A DNA stretch of 57,901 bases, counting the filler, from Sphacelaria rigidula (Eukaryota), in the NCBI GenBank assembly GCA_964200075.2. It is 8 parts of 8 records of this genome, joined end to end, with 100 filler letters (N's around TTAATTAATTAA, not from the genome) between each part and the next. Parts side by side here need not be neighbours in the genome. Positions count along the whole stretch, not along the records: positions 21,752 to 28,901 come from CAXNAA020016242.1; positions 29,002 to 36,151 come from CAXNAA020016243.1; positions 36,252 to 43,401 come from CAXNAA020016244.1; positions 43,502 to 50,651 come from CAXNAA020016245.1; 4 more parts are not named here. The stretch is one strand, 5' to 3'. The notes under the pieces are model-generated. The model did no database searches and was not told the DNA's origin. It saw nothing but the letters and a program-made list of their open reading frames with translations. Of the stretch, positions 25,548 through 43,767 are shown in pieces. A program made the position numbers and the translations under genes. Every line of letters begins with the position of its first letter. The first letter of the stretch is position 1.

Positions 25548-25572
25548 GGGTTAGGGTTAGGGTTAGGGTTAG
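25548..25572 (+). repeat. Interstitial telomere-like (TTAGGG)n
   Basis: GGGTTAGGGTTAGGGTTAGGGTTAG. Confidence 0.8.
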
Positions 25573-26018
25573 ATTCAGGACGTGTAGCCTGGTGAACGGC
25601 TGTCATAGGGGCGTTCCCGGGAGTTCCGAAACTCCCACATCTGTACAGTCGCATCTGCGACCCCAAGGTAACAGGGATCTTTCCAGCGAACTGCTGGCAA
25701 GCCATGGGGATCACTTCTGACTTCTGACGAACTCGCTCGCGCTCGTCGACCTCTCCCGAGTGATCCAACTGCCCAACCCCGCGACTTACCTGTTACGGTC
25801 AATATTTGATTACATAACACGAGGAAAATCGTCGGCCATCTTCCACGGTTGCTACCGTCACCGGGAGTCTACCGACCTCCACATTGGCGATACCAGTGAG
25901 ATGCGCATTTTCACCACCACCGCTGTCTCCAATATATCAACGTCTCCCTCGTTACCAAAGATCACGTGACCATGATACCAAATCACGGAACGAAACTTGC
26001 ACGAAAATTAAAAATTAA

Positions 26019-26121
26019 CCCTTTGAACGTTGAACGCGAGTGGTCACCTGCTGAACCGGCATCAATTTTCAGTTGAGAAATATATTCATGGTCCACATGG
26101 ACTGCCCTCGCGGTCGAAAGG
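26019..26121. mobile_element. ~103-bp piggyBac-type MITE with TTAA target duplication
   Basis: TTAA|CCCTTTGA...CCCTCGCGGTCGAAAGG|TTAA. Same family as 33411-33514 and ~22165-22267. Confidence 0.7.
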
Positions 26122-27655
26122 TTAAAGGAAAACAGTATTATTCCCTCCCCCTTTTTTACATGAGCCTGTAGGAGAACGTCGATAAAATTTGTTGGTTGGT
26201 GTTTTTCAACACCCAGTACAGAGGATATAAGATATAACGGGCACCGAGTTCATGGGTACAGATCGTTATGAAATAATTAAACTCAAATCATATTTTGTTT
26301 CGTTGTTGTCCATGATTCTCGAACGGATTCAACTCGAGATTTCCATGTTGGTGGACACACGTGCGCTACTCAAGTCCCATGTACCGCAGAGAGATCAACA
26401 AGGTTGAATCGTTCGGGTGTTTTTCATGTCGAGGCGCGGTCTGGGCTTCATGCTCCTCTGCCAGCTGGCTACAGCCCAGAACAGTACAGTATATCGATGA
26501 TATTTTCACCAGCACCATGTCACCATGATGAAGCAAGCTTACGGTACAACTTCGAAAGGGGGCGGTACTCTAGCACACGGGGTCGCACACGCAAGAGAGA
26601 TACATGTTCACGTTAGCTGTCCTACGTTCGGCGTGCAGAGTGCTTGGTCATCTTCGCCATCGCATCTCGAAATAGTTCCTGGCGCGGCACCGGCTGTATC
26701 TTCACCTCAAGATGCACCAACCCTGGCCAGGTGGTGGGCATCGCGTGAGTACTTTCTGTACGGCACCGATCAACACGAGCCATCAAGAACGAAAGGACGA
26801 CGGCCAACAATAGGGAGCCAGTATCATTGATGATGATTTAGTCTTTTCTTGGGGTTGTGACGTCCGGGAGCATGAAACAATGCACAATGACGACGACAGC
26901 ACCGTTTTATCTCATGCCCGGCCCGTATCCAAAGCCATGGACGGTACAGGAGGAGGAGCAAGTTGAGCGCAAATGGAGACTGCAACGCCAACCCCTGCCG
27001 CCGCAACCATACCGCAGGTACAACGACGCTCATAGCAAACGTTTGGTACAACAATCCGTGTACAGAAAGACAAAGCACTCCTTGTGAGGCCATTTTTGTC
27101 CTGAATACCATCTCTCCGCAGCACGGTCCAGTACTGCGGCTGCGGGCGGCAGAAGGCCGTTGAACACAAGTGTCACGGAGTCCATACTAAAATCAAGTTA
27201 GCGTTATGAAATGCGTTGTGAAACGTGGAGGAACTGATGATGATGTAATCAATTACTTGAAATTAGTCTAAGTGTTATTATGACCTCTGTATGACCCGAC
27301 CCGCTTACTAATAAATCCGGGCCAGTCAACCCGGACCGTCTTCCCGGGTCTTTCACCATGGGACTGTTATCGTCCAATCCCCAGTCTGGGATCGTCATTC
27401 TCCCGTCTCGGGAGGTATCCCCGTGGATACTTCCCCACTCTGTCAGTTCTGTACCTCAACCCAAACCGGCTTGCAAAGTCCGTCCTGTTCAAGTCCACGT
27501 CACGGCTACGTACACTCCGTACCCTTTCACCGAGTGAGAAGCTACAACCTACACACACTCCCACCGTTCGGGTAGGATAAATCACACTCACTGTCGGACT
27601 GTGTGTTATGTATGCGGGATGAAATTCGGCCCTTACTCATGGTCGACTATAGGTA

Positions 27656-28575
27656 GGCCGGAGTCCTTTATGCTCCTCTTTTCGCCGATTATGCCACCTC
27701 TTTTATGCCCGTTTTTTTCACATCATGCTCCAAAAAAGGTGAATTATGCTGCAATTATGCTCCATTATGCTTTCATGCCACCTCACATAAAACGATGTTA
27801 TATGCTCCATTTATGCTGGCCACCAAGCAGAAATATGCATCAAATATGCTTCACAGACATCCCTGTCGTGTATCCGCGAGGCAATTCACGCCGTGTGCCC
27901 TGCGTTCGTAGTGCATTCGGCTGTCATTGTATCACAGTCTTCCGCCAAAATAAAAATATATATTTTCGGAACAGAAACTGACCTCTTTTCGGCCCGTTGC
28001 GTGCTGCTGCAAGCCGCAAGCCCAGATTCAGCGATGTGGGCTTGTTTTTTGTACTTCACATGACATGTGGGCGAAGTTTCAGCGCGATGCAGCGCCGACA
28101 GCGCACGTACGGTCGTATCTCCCGAAGTGAGCACCTCTACCGGCGATGTGTGTCCGAGACTTTTTCAAATGGTCATTATCCACAGGGTATGGCAGCAGCA
28201 CGGGTCGAGGCAGTTTGCAAGCCAATCAGCCGCTCAAAACCAGACGCATCATTGCTGGCTGGCGCCTGTGCCATACCTGGTACCTCCGTACCTCTGTATC
28301 CTCTGTCTCTCTGTCCCCTCTCTCCTAGCTCGTGGCTGTCTGTACGCTGTACACTCAGTACATTGTGCTGTACGCTGTATGTTTTGTATTTGGTTGTAGA
28401 GGTTATGCTCTACAATCAAAATAGCCGGTAAGAGTTTTTATGCTACCGGATTATGCCGCTGAACGAGGGATTATGCTAGCTCAGCCCTGATTATGCTCGC
28501 ATTATGCTCGTATGCTAATTCGGGCAAAAAAGACGAATTATGCTAGAAATTTTGCCGGCACAAAGGACTCAGGCT
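27656..28575. mobile_element. Non-autonomous DNA transposon with short TIRs, TA flanks and subterminal TTATGC arrays
   Basis: TA|GGCCGGAGTCCTTTATGC ... GCACAAAGGACTCAGGCT|TA. Clusters of TTATGC at ~27668-27850 and ~28400-28545. Confidence 0.65.
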
Positions 28576-29524
28576 TAACTTTAGGCCCCTATAATCATCA
28601 TTATTATTTTCGCACATTAGTCCGATCTCTCGAACCAGTGGTCACAGACGTAGGCTCGTCTTTGCAATACCGTCCCTGCTATTCCTTACAAGACATGGAG
28701 TCCCCCATCATTTTTTCAGAGACTCTAGCCTACTTACATGACCAAACGCAATTACATCAAATATTACCAAAATGAAAAAAAGAAGAGAGACGCCAAGAAA
28801 AACATGAGAAGTAGCTTCCCCGAGTTTAACAACGAGGTGAAAAAAAAAAAAACTCCAGAAGAAACAAAAAAACCCCAGAGCGGCGGGGAAACACAAACAA
28901 ANNNNNNNNNNNNNNNNNNNNNNNNNNNNNNNNNNNNNNNNNNNNTTAATTAATTAANNNNNNNNNNNNNNNNNNNNNNNNNNNNNNNNNNNNNNNNNNN
29001 NGAAAGCACTGTTTTAGGCTTGAGCCTCATCTCGAAGTTAAACCTCAATTCTCACAATTTGTTGTTACAGGCTGATATACTCTTCATGACACTAACCCAC
29101 CCAGACGAACCTTTGTTACAGATGCGAGGATTTCATCCTCAAAGCAGCGAAAACTAAGGGTTTTCTTTACTCGAATAGTCATGAACGGCTAATAAAGCAT
29201 ACCTAAGGAAACACTCCCGTACCCACGCCCACACCTCAAAAATAAGAGAAGCATATACTGCTTCGAGGAGCAAAAACACTTCTTCGAAACGCGGAAGCAC
29301 AAACTGCTCCTGCGTGCTAGCGATCAACAAACGGGTGAAACAGGGAGGTACGACAGGAAGCAGAGATTCGATCTGGGTGAATCCAAAGAGAGAAACGGCA
29401 AGATCAGTATGCGACCAACACATGTTGGTAGGAAGCAAAATCTGAAAATCGGTGATCCAACGAGATCGAGCGCTAGCCTGAAGGGGAAACTAGAGCTCCA
29501 GTAGTCGTAAATGGTGGGTGGCTC

Positions 29525-32100
29525 CTAGTAGTTCTTCGATCGTCGTCCGATGTAGGTGGTCCTGTTATGGATGTCGTAGAGTAGGGTCGTAGTGAAGAAG
29601 GGAGAGCAAACAATACTCAAGAAGGGCGGAAAAGTTGCAGCGAAGGAGTGTGGTTGAGAGCGGTGCGTGGACGTCGTGTATGTGGTCGATGTTGTGCTGG
29701 AGATCGCGGCTAAGTCCGGTGGACTTGAGGCGCTGGAGGCACCAGAATCCGCGTGATGCAGATGGGCTGGTGGTGTATAGTGCTGGCCGGAGCTTGAGCT
29801 GTATGAGTCCAGGGTCATCGATGAAGCGCACGATGTATGTGTCGGCAGAAACCAGGTTAGCGGAGTGGGTCTGACCCAACCACCAGAGGTTGTCGCTGCC
29901 TTTGGACCTGAGGTAGCTGCCCTTGGGCAGTATTCGCTGATTTGCGAAGAACTTCGTCTTACAAGTCTTGGTGGGTACAAGTTCGTAACCATCGGCGACG
30001 AAGCGTAGTCCCTGATCGCGGTGAAGTTCGCGGGCTGCTGCGCCACGACGCATGTTGCGATATTTCTTGTTGTGAGCAAGATGCTGATGTTGAGATTACG
30101 TCCAGTACAGAAGGATTGCACGGCGGTGCAATTGAAGGTTGGAGTCGCGTTCCCAAGACGTTCTCCGGAGACCGTGTCAGTGGGCCTTATACATGACAGC
30201 AATTTTTGCCACCTCGACCACAGGCCACCTGGTGGCCGGAGATGGTGGATACGGTCAATCGGAGGGACTGTTCCGTCACGTCGTCGGTGGTAACATGGTA
30301 GGGCGGGGACTTGGTCGAGTAGCTGTTGAAAACATACTGTGTGAGTCCGGCAGGCAGGCACTTGGGCATGTCGCTTGTATCATGCGGGTTCGTGCAGGGT
30401 TTGCATCTGTGCACGGAGACGCGAGGTTTGGTGTCCTTGCCCCGGAGGTCGCAAGGCAGGTCGAGATAGAGCAGTTTGTCACCAACGGGTTCATCATCCG
30501 GTGATGATGGCGATGGTCCGACTGTCAGGATCTTGCATGGTCCTGTCCGATTGAGGGAAGATTGTGTCTTCAAAACTGTTTCGTTGGCTGCCTTGCTGGT
30601 GCCTTGGCAGATGGTCGACAACTGTTGTAGATCCAAACCCAATCACTAGCTTTCCAGTCGGGGCGTTTGTGCATGAAGATGTAGAGAGCAGTGTCAGATC
30701 TTTCAAGGCGCGAGGCGTTGATAGCTTGTTGTTCGCGCACGAGGGTAAACGCTTCGCGTTGTCGCTAGTTCGTGATCGGATATCTGATCCTGATCCGATC
30801 CTTGGTCATCGAACGTGTGTCGCTCAAACACGGTGATGGGCAGCCGAGGGTAACGTCCTAGATGGAGTTTGTTCGAACAAAGGCCTGTGGCGGCATTAAC
30901 CGAGTTGGTGTAGGACAACATGATGTGCGAGAGATGTAGGTCCCAGTCATTTTGGCAGCCATTGGCAACCGTAGAGAGCATCTGGGCCATGATGTGATTA
31001 ACTCTTTCGGTACGACGGTTACCATTCGTGGCAATTTTGCGGATGCCCAGGAGCTTGTAAAGCTCATCACAGAGATCTGAGCAAAATTGCTGACCATTGT
31101 CTGAGGAGTCGTTTCGGGCAACCGTAGTACTTGATGTAGTCGTGGACCAATACATCGGCCGTTCCGGCGGCAATGAAATCTGCAGCGGTTACCGCGTACA
31201 TGGACGCGTGGCGGCTGAAGCGGTCAGTGAAGAGTAAGGTTTAGGTGTTGCCGCGACATGTGGTCGGTAGAGAGCCAAAGTAGTCGAAGGACACAACGTG
31301 GCCTGGCGCGTTGGGGAGTCCCATAGAGATGACGGGCCAGCGTACTGTCTGCCGTGGAGTCTTTCGGGCTTGGCATTTGAAGCATCGCCGAATCCAGAAG
31401 CGGGTGGAAATTTCCATGCCAACCCACCAGTAGAAACGTTCCAAGAGCGCTAGGGTGCGGGTGATGCCAAGGTGACATCACAAGTCTGTGTGACAGCCTT
31501 TCATGACCCAGGGGCGCAGTAATAGTGGGACATATATGCGCTTTGGTTCGTCATCGAGTAGTCGTGCGTGGTGTCCCGTGGTTGAGATGGAAATTGCGGC
31601 CGTCAAATGCGTGGGGCGACGCACGAGTAGTTGTACACCTTTATCAGTAGTAAAAAGGGTGCCTTTACGCACGAGTTCGTATACGTCAGAGATATCTGGT
31701 GATGGTAGTGTGCCAAACGGGGCTAGAAGGGCGGATGGAAAAGGGACTGGGTAGTCAAGTTGTAATAAGTACCGGATGGCTGCGCGACATAACGGTTCCG
31801 CGTTTTGTTCGCGAGCCCAATCGCGGTGAGAGTAGCTGGCGAGAAACTCGCGTAGTTGACCTTCCGCTGGAGAGCCAACCCAACATGGAGGGGTAGGCAG
31901 CTGGGGAATAGGCGACGGGGCAGAAATACCGACGTTAATATCTGCCCCGGGAGCAGGAGCTGAGTCGTCAGCTCAATACTCGGGAGCGGTACGGTAGATG
32001 TTGGTGGCGCCGTTATGGGCGGCGGGGCTGTATCAGTGCCCCGCGAAGATTGTCCGCGGCGCGTGGTGCACGTTGCAGGAGTGAGTACATGCATCAACAA
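29525..32100 (-). mobile_element. Decayed Ty3/Gypsy LTR-retrotransposon pol 3' region (integrase, chromodomain, extra C-terminal domain)
   Basis: Broken frames give the integrase Zn-binding region (CH...HLGITRTLALLERFYWWVGM...CFKCQARK), core FDYFG, SDNGQQF and TERVNHIMAQML, DWDLHL, a GPY/F-like TGPCKIL, and a chromo-like VMYKAH*HGLRRTSWERDSNL. Many stops and frameshifts. No RT motif or LTR pair seen. Confidence 0.88.
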
Positions 32101-32852
32101 AATTTCAGTAGTCGTCCGGGCTTTGCGTCTTGTCGATTACTGTCTGTACGTTGCTCGGAAGCTATTCTCAGGCTAGACCTTCCTGGTCAGCGCTTAAGGG
32201 CGTGGGCCACGAATGCAATGGCAAGTGGTTAATCATAGAACACCCTTGTTCCTAACCATCGCTGCCCTCAGCTGAGGATAACTCTCCTCACATGACATTT
32301 TTCTGCGACAGACACCGACACAACGAACACACCTTCCTGAGCACGCGACTGCTTGTACGCAGAAAAGCTCAATAACAGGATGTCATGGGTCACGCCAGCA
32401 AGAGTTGAGTCGCCCCCAGAGGTATCCTTATTTCATTCCGCATGTCAAGAAGATCTACACGAGTGTTAGATATCTCACACATTTCCCCACCTGGGATGTG
32501 GCAGACTGTTGTCCTTGTTTTTCAGACGTCGGGCGGAGCCTACGATTATAATACACTCCCCAGCTTGCGATCATAGGCCTTCGCGAAACGGCGCAACCGT
32601 CTTTGCTCGCATGTGTGCATGTGAGAACAGTAGCGGTGACGGGAAAGTCGCCCTGTTTTTCGACGACTACTGCGCACAAAGGCACGTCCTGTCCAAGCAG
32701 AGAGGCAGAGAGGCAGAGAGGTATCAAGCATTACATTGGTCAGCGCCATAGGCGGGAGACGACAAGAGTGGGTATCGCGATCCTGTTTCCGGGGCTGTCC
32801 TACAATAACCCACCTGCCGACGCATAGCAACTCTGCACACGTAGGACAGCCC

Positions 32853-33996
32853 ATGAGCTAGCTCATCTGCGGGCGGTAGCTCACTTGTAGTCAAACATGT
32901 ACATATGAGCTACGTCCGATGACTCAACACAAGGTAAACGTGCGCTGATGAGCTACGAATTGGTAGCTCGCCCAGGGCAAACATGTGAAGCTCACGCAGC
33001 TCTTGTAGCTCACCCGGGGAAAATATGAGTGGATGAGCTACGCCCGGTAGCTCACCCAGGGACACATGATCGTGGCTCACTCACGTCATATGCCTAGCTC
33101 GCCGCTGGCCAACCCCGTGTCGCTTATGATATAACATTCTTGTTCGAACAGATGGCGCCACATATCATTGGGTTGTGATGTTTTGCCTCACTCTTAACGA
33201 TAGGAAGAAGAGAAGTCAACTCATATCCTCGTTCGCTTGGTCGGATGTTTAAAACAATATCTTATATTCTGTGTCCACAATAACTGACCGATTCATTTCT
33301 TTTGATCGGTTGGCCGCGAGGGTACGAGTCCATCTGGTCATGCATACGTTTATTCAAGTGAAATTGGAGCCGATTCAGCAGATGACTCATGCTCGCCGTC
33401 AAGAGGTTAGCCCTTTGACCGCGAGGGTTGGCGATCTGATAAATCAGCACAATTCACTATATGTTTCGGGTGTGAATGCCGATTCAGAGACCTCCTACCC
33501 TCGCGGTCAAAGGGATAAGCAATCGTAGCTCTCATAGCTCATCCAGGGCAATTATTCGCAGCTCACCTAGCTCTCATAGCTCATCCAGGGCAAACATGTG
33601 TAGCTCAGGAATCTCTCATAGCTCATCCGGGGCAAACATGCGTACCTCAAGCAGCTCTCATAGCTCACCCGGGGCGAATATGAGCTGATGAGCTACGGGT
33701 TAGTAGCTCACCCAGGGCAGACATGCGTAGCTCATGCAGCTCTCATAGCTCACCCAGGACGAATCTAAGCTGATGAGCTACGGGTTGGTAGCTTACCTAT
33801 CGTGCGTAGCTCATACAGCTCCCATAGCTCACCCAGGACGAATGTGAGCTGATGAGCTACGGGTTGGTAGCCCACGTACGGTGAACATGCGTAGCTCATA
33901 CAGCTCTCATAGCTCACCGCGGGAAAAACATGCGTAGCTCATGTAGCTCTTATAGCTCACTAGGGAGCTACGCTCAAAAAGAGCTAGTTCGAGCTA
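32853..33996. repeat. Degenerate TAGCTCA/TGAGCTA minisatellite array, interrupted at ~33105-33525
   Basis: Dozens of AGCT-centred motifs in units such as GTAGCTCATxCAGCTCTCATAGCTCACCCAGGG and TGAGCTGATGAGCTACGGGTTrGTAGCT. Confidence 0.85.
33411..33514. mobile_element. ~104-bp piggyBac-type MITE
   Basis: Perfect 17-bp TIR CCCTTTGACCGCGAGGG / CCCTCGCGGTCAAAGGG with decayed TTAA flanks (TTAG, ATAA). A more degenerate copy lies directly upstream (~33305-33406). Confidence 0.7.
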
Positions 33997-34047
33997 TAGG
34001 GAGCTGATCTGTCCGACGTGTGCAACTTTGGCATGTGATGGTAACAT

Positions 34048-34151
34048 GATGTCAATCTCTCGAGCGATTGGGAATCGCCAAACGAGGACACACGAAGGAG
34101 ATGTCAATCTCTCGAGCGATTGGGAATCGCCAAACGAGTACACACGAAGGA
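34048..34151 (+). repeat. 52-bp tandem duplication
   Basis: GATGTCAATCTCTCGAGCGATTGGGAATCGCCAAACGAG(G/T)ACACACGAAGGA twice, one mismatch. Confidence 0.95.
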
Positions 34152-34292
34152 TACCGGCGAGAAGCTTCTTCTTCGTCGCTGCTCCTCTCTCCGGTGATAT
34201 CGTCACCGACACGCGTGGACACCACATTCGTTTGGTGCACCTAGCCACACCCGCTCAATAACTGCCTCAGAGTTTTGGGGGGGAAGATGCTT

Positions 34293-34740
34293 TCGACACA
34301 GGATTTTCCAAAATGGGGATATATTCTATTATTGAGGATGAGAGCCCGCAGAAATATAATCTTCGTATCTACACCAAATCTTCGAAATATAAATGCACTT
34401 CTTCGCCTACTGGTAGCTATCGACAACTCGTAGACGTCATGCAAATTTGGATCCTGAAACCCGACCTGTTGGGGTCCGAGGTGAAGAAAACATTTGGGGA
34501 ACTTGGATGATCCGGTCAGATCGTCGAAATCCCCGAAAAAATGGTTTTTCACCGAGGACCCCAACATTTCGATTGTCGAAATCCGATTTTGTACGGAGTG
34601 TAGTAGTTGTCACTAGCTACCAATAAGTGAAGGAATGCAACGATGTTTTGGAGATTTGGTGTGGATACGAAGATTTGAACTGTCCGGGTTTCTAATCCTC
34701 AATGAAAAAATTAATCCCCAATTTTTGAAATTCCGTGTTT
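34293..34740. repeat. ~450-bp imperfect palindrome (fold-back/MITE-like)
   Basis: Arms pair across a centre near 34514: CTTCGTATCTACACCAAATC (34361) with GATTTGGTGTGGATACGAAG (34652), TGTTGGGGTCC with GGACCCCAACA, TGGTAGCTA with TAGCTACCA. Confidence 0.8.
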
Positions 34741-35398
34741 TTCCGTCGGTGTAACTGTTTAGCACCATTCCTGAAAATCAGTCAGTCAGTTATTAACAGG
34801 CTGGATACGTTTTTGAGGTTCAACATTAAATTGAGGTTCAACGGACCATCGAAATTTCATTCACTTTGTTCAAAAGGCTCGGGATTCGCAACCGCTTTCG
34901 ACCATGTGCCCCTAACGCAGATGTTTCTGCACGGCAGCGAAGGCGTGATGGTGGGGAGTCCAACAGAAAAGCCACCGTCATTCATTGTGCCACACCTTTT
35001 GAGCAACCCCTCCCTGCGTCTAAGCGCTACGGAACACGTAACAAAGCATGCTGGAAACGTACTAATTTGGACTAGTCATCGAGCTTTCGAGCGCCTCTTG
35101 TTGAGTATCTGAGAGAGACTTCATACTGTTGCGCCGTCGACGACCGCCGTCTGCGAAGCGATCCAATGCGGCGGCAAACGCCAACGATATTTGAAGCGCA
35201 TAATCATTCAGCAGTCTGCTGAGATATACCATCACCAGAGTACAGAATCCCTACACTATAGTGGTCAGTTGGGTCAAATGAGTGCCCCACAATAAAGCTG
35301 CAGACACACACACAACGGGGGTAAGGGTTAGCCCCACGCCTGGGGTTGTTTCGCCAGTAGTGCCCATGCGAGGCGCTTCATCCAGTCTGAATCAGTTA

Positions 35399-36067
35399 TC
35401 ACGCCTTGTATGGCCACCTCCGCCGTGGCTGTGTTGAGAACCGGTTTCGCGGTGGGCTGTTGAACAACACTCAGTCTACTGTAGTGCAGCGCGCTTGAAA
35501 ACCCGAGCCGTTCGTTTTTACTTTTGAATCTGCGGCATGTGTAGTTTGAATATCCCTTCTGACGGTCCCGAACGGGATCTGATGCAGCGACGAAAAGCGC
35601 TGGCACCCTCCCCCTCAGGTGGGATTCGTGACAACTGTGGGGGTATTTGGTGAACATCGCTCGGAATTAAACATGTGGAATAGTTTTGGGGTACTGTAGT
35701 ACATCTTTCCCTGTTGAAAATCGAAATTTCCTTGCTTGAATACTTTATACCTGTTACAATGAACAACTGCTTTCCAAGAAAACAACCCGTTATTTCCGAA
35801 CTCCCCGTGGGGTCTAATCCTAACGCTGAGGTTGTCTCAAATCCCACCTGAGGGGGAGGGTGCCAGCGCTTTCCATCGCTGCATCAGATCCCGTTCAGGA
35901 TCGTCAGAAGGGATATTCAAACTACAGCTGCCGGAGATTTTAAAGTAAAAAGAAACGGCTCGGGTTTTCAAGCGCGTTGCATTACAGTAGACTGAGTGTT
36001 GTTCAACAGCCCACCGCGAAACCGGTTCTCAACACGGCCACGGCGGAGGTGGCCATACAAGGCGGGA
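35399..36067. mobile_element. MITE with ~235-bp terminal inverted repeats and TA target duplication (Tc1/mariner-like)
   Basis: The left arm TCACGCCTTGTATGGCCACCTCCGCCGTGG... (35399-~35635) is the reverse complement of the right arm (~35831-36067) ...CCACGGCGGAGGTGGCCATACAAGGCGGGA. TA at 35397-98 and 36068-69. No credible coding capacity. Confidence 0.85.
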
Positions 36068-36560
36068 TATGACATTTTTGGCGATAGCCCCCCCCGAAAA
36101 AGTGCATGGTTTTAGGATGCAAAATCTTTCTGTAAATCGAAATGGGAAAAGNNNNNNNNNNNNNNNNNNNNNNNNNNNNNNNNNNNNNNNNNNNNTTAAT
36201 TAATTAANNNNNNNNNNNNNNNNNNNNNNNNNNNNNNNNNNNNNNNNNNNNCGACTAGGGCAAATAACAAATGAGTACGCCCCCCCCCTCCCCCCTGTAG
36301 GTTTGTGGGTCTCTTTTTGCGCGCTTTCATGTTCCATGCGAGTTCCAACGTGTTGCTGCTCGTGTGTGGCCTGTTGCTCCTCTTCAGGAAGCCCTTGAGT
36401 TTGCTCACGTGTCCGTTTATGTCCTGTAGTACGTCGTGCCCAGTGTTACTGGTACACGACTCGACCGTCACGAGCCATCCAGACTCTTCCTTGAGACTGA
36501 ACAGCTTCTCCAATCTCCTCCTCTCTTTGCCTGCGTGGTGGATGGATTCTTCGGAGGCAG

Positions 36561-43167
<6,607 letters not shown>

Positions 43168-43767
43168 TGAACAAAAGCGTGATTTTTTGTATACCCCGGG
43201 GTGTAGAGCGGGGCCGTCATTTTTTTCATCTGTGCTAGGGGAGGAGCAAACGATAGTATGTACGTAATCTGTTTCTGATACTTTGCGTGCGAAAACTCTG
43301 AATTGCACCCCCCCCCCCCCCCCCCCCCCCCCCCTCCCCCCAACTCCGAAACGCTCGCTCCGCGCCAACGCGCGCCGCCAAGCAACAGAACCACCCAGCA
43401 CNNNNNNNNNNNNNNNNNNNNNNNNNNNNNNNNNNNNNNNNNNNNTTAATTAATTAANNNNNNNNNNNNNNNNNNNNNNNNNNNNNNNNNNNNNNNNNNN
43501 NTCGTTCTGGTGGGGGGGGTGGGATGGTTGGGGTACTCATTTGTGGCTCGCCTTAGTCGTTTGACGATTGACCACGCGGCCTGATCGATTGAGACGGCGC
43601 CCCGAAGAAAGAGAAGACGTTGAAAGTGTAACGAAAAGGAAATGGTTACTCTGTCATACCACGAGCGCAGAGACAGTCCTCATCATGCTGGTGGAACAGT
43701 AGAATCGCTGCTTGTCAACCGAACAAAGTGTAAAAAGACACCCTATCCTGATATTGAAATACAGTAC

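Noticed and set aside
25548..25572. True telomere
   Set aside because: Only about four units, internal to the contig.
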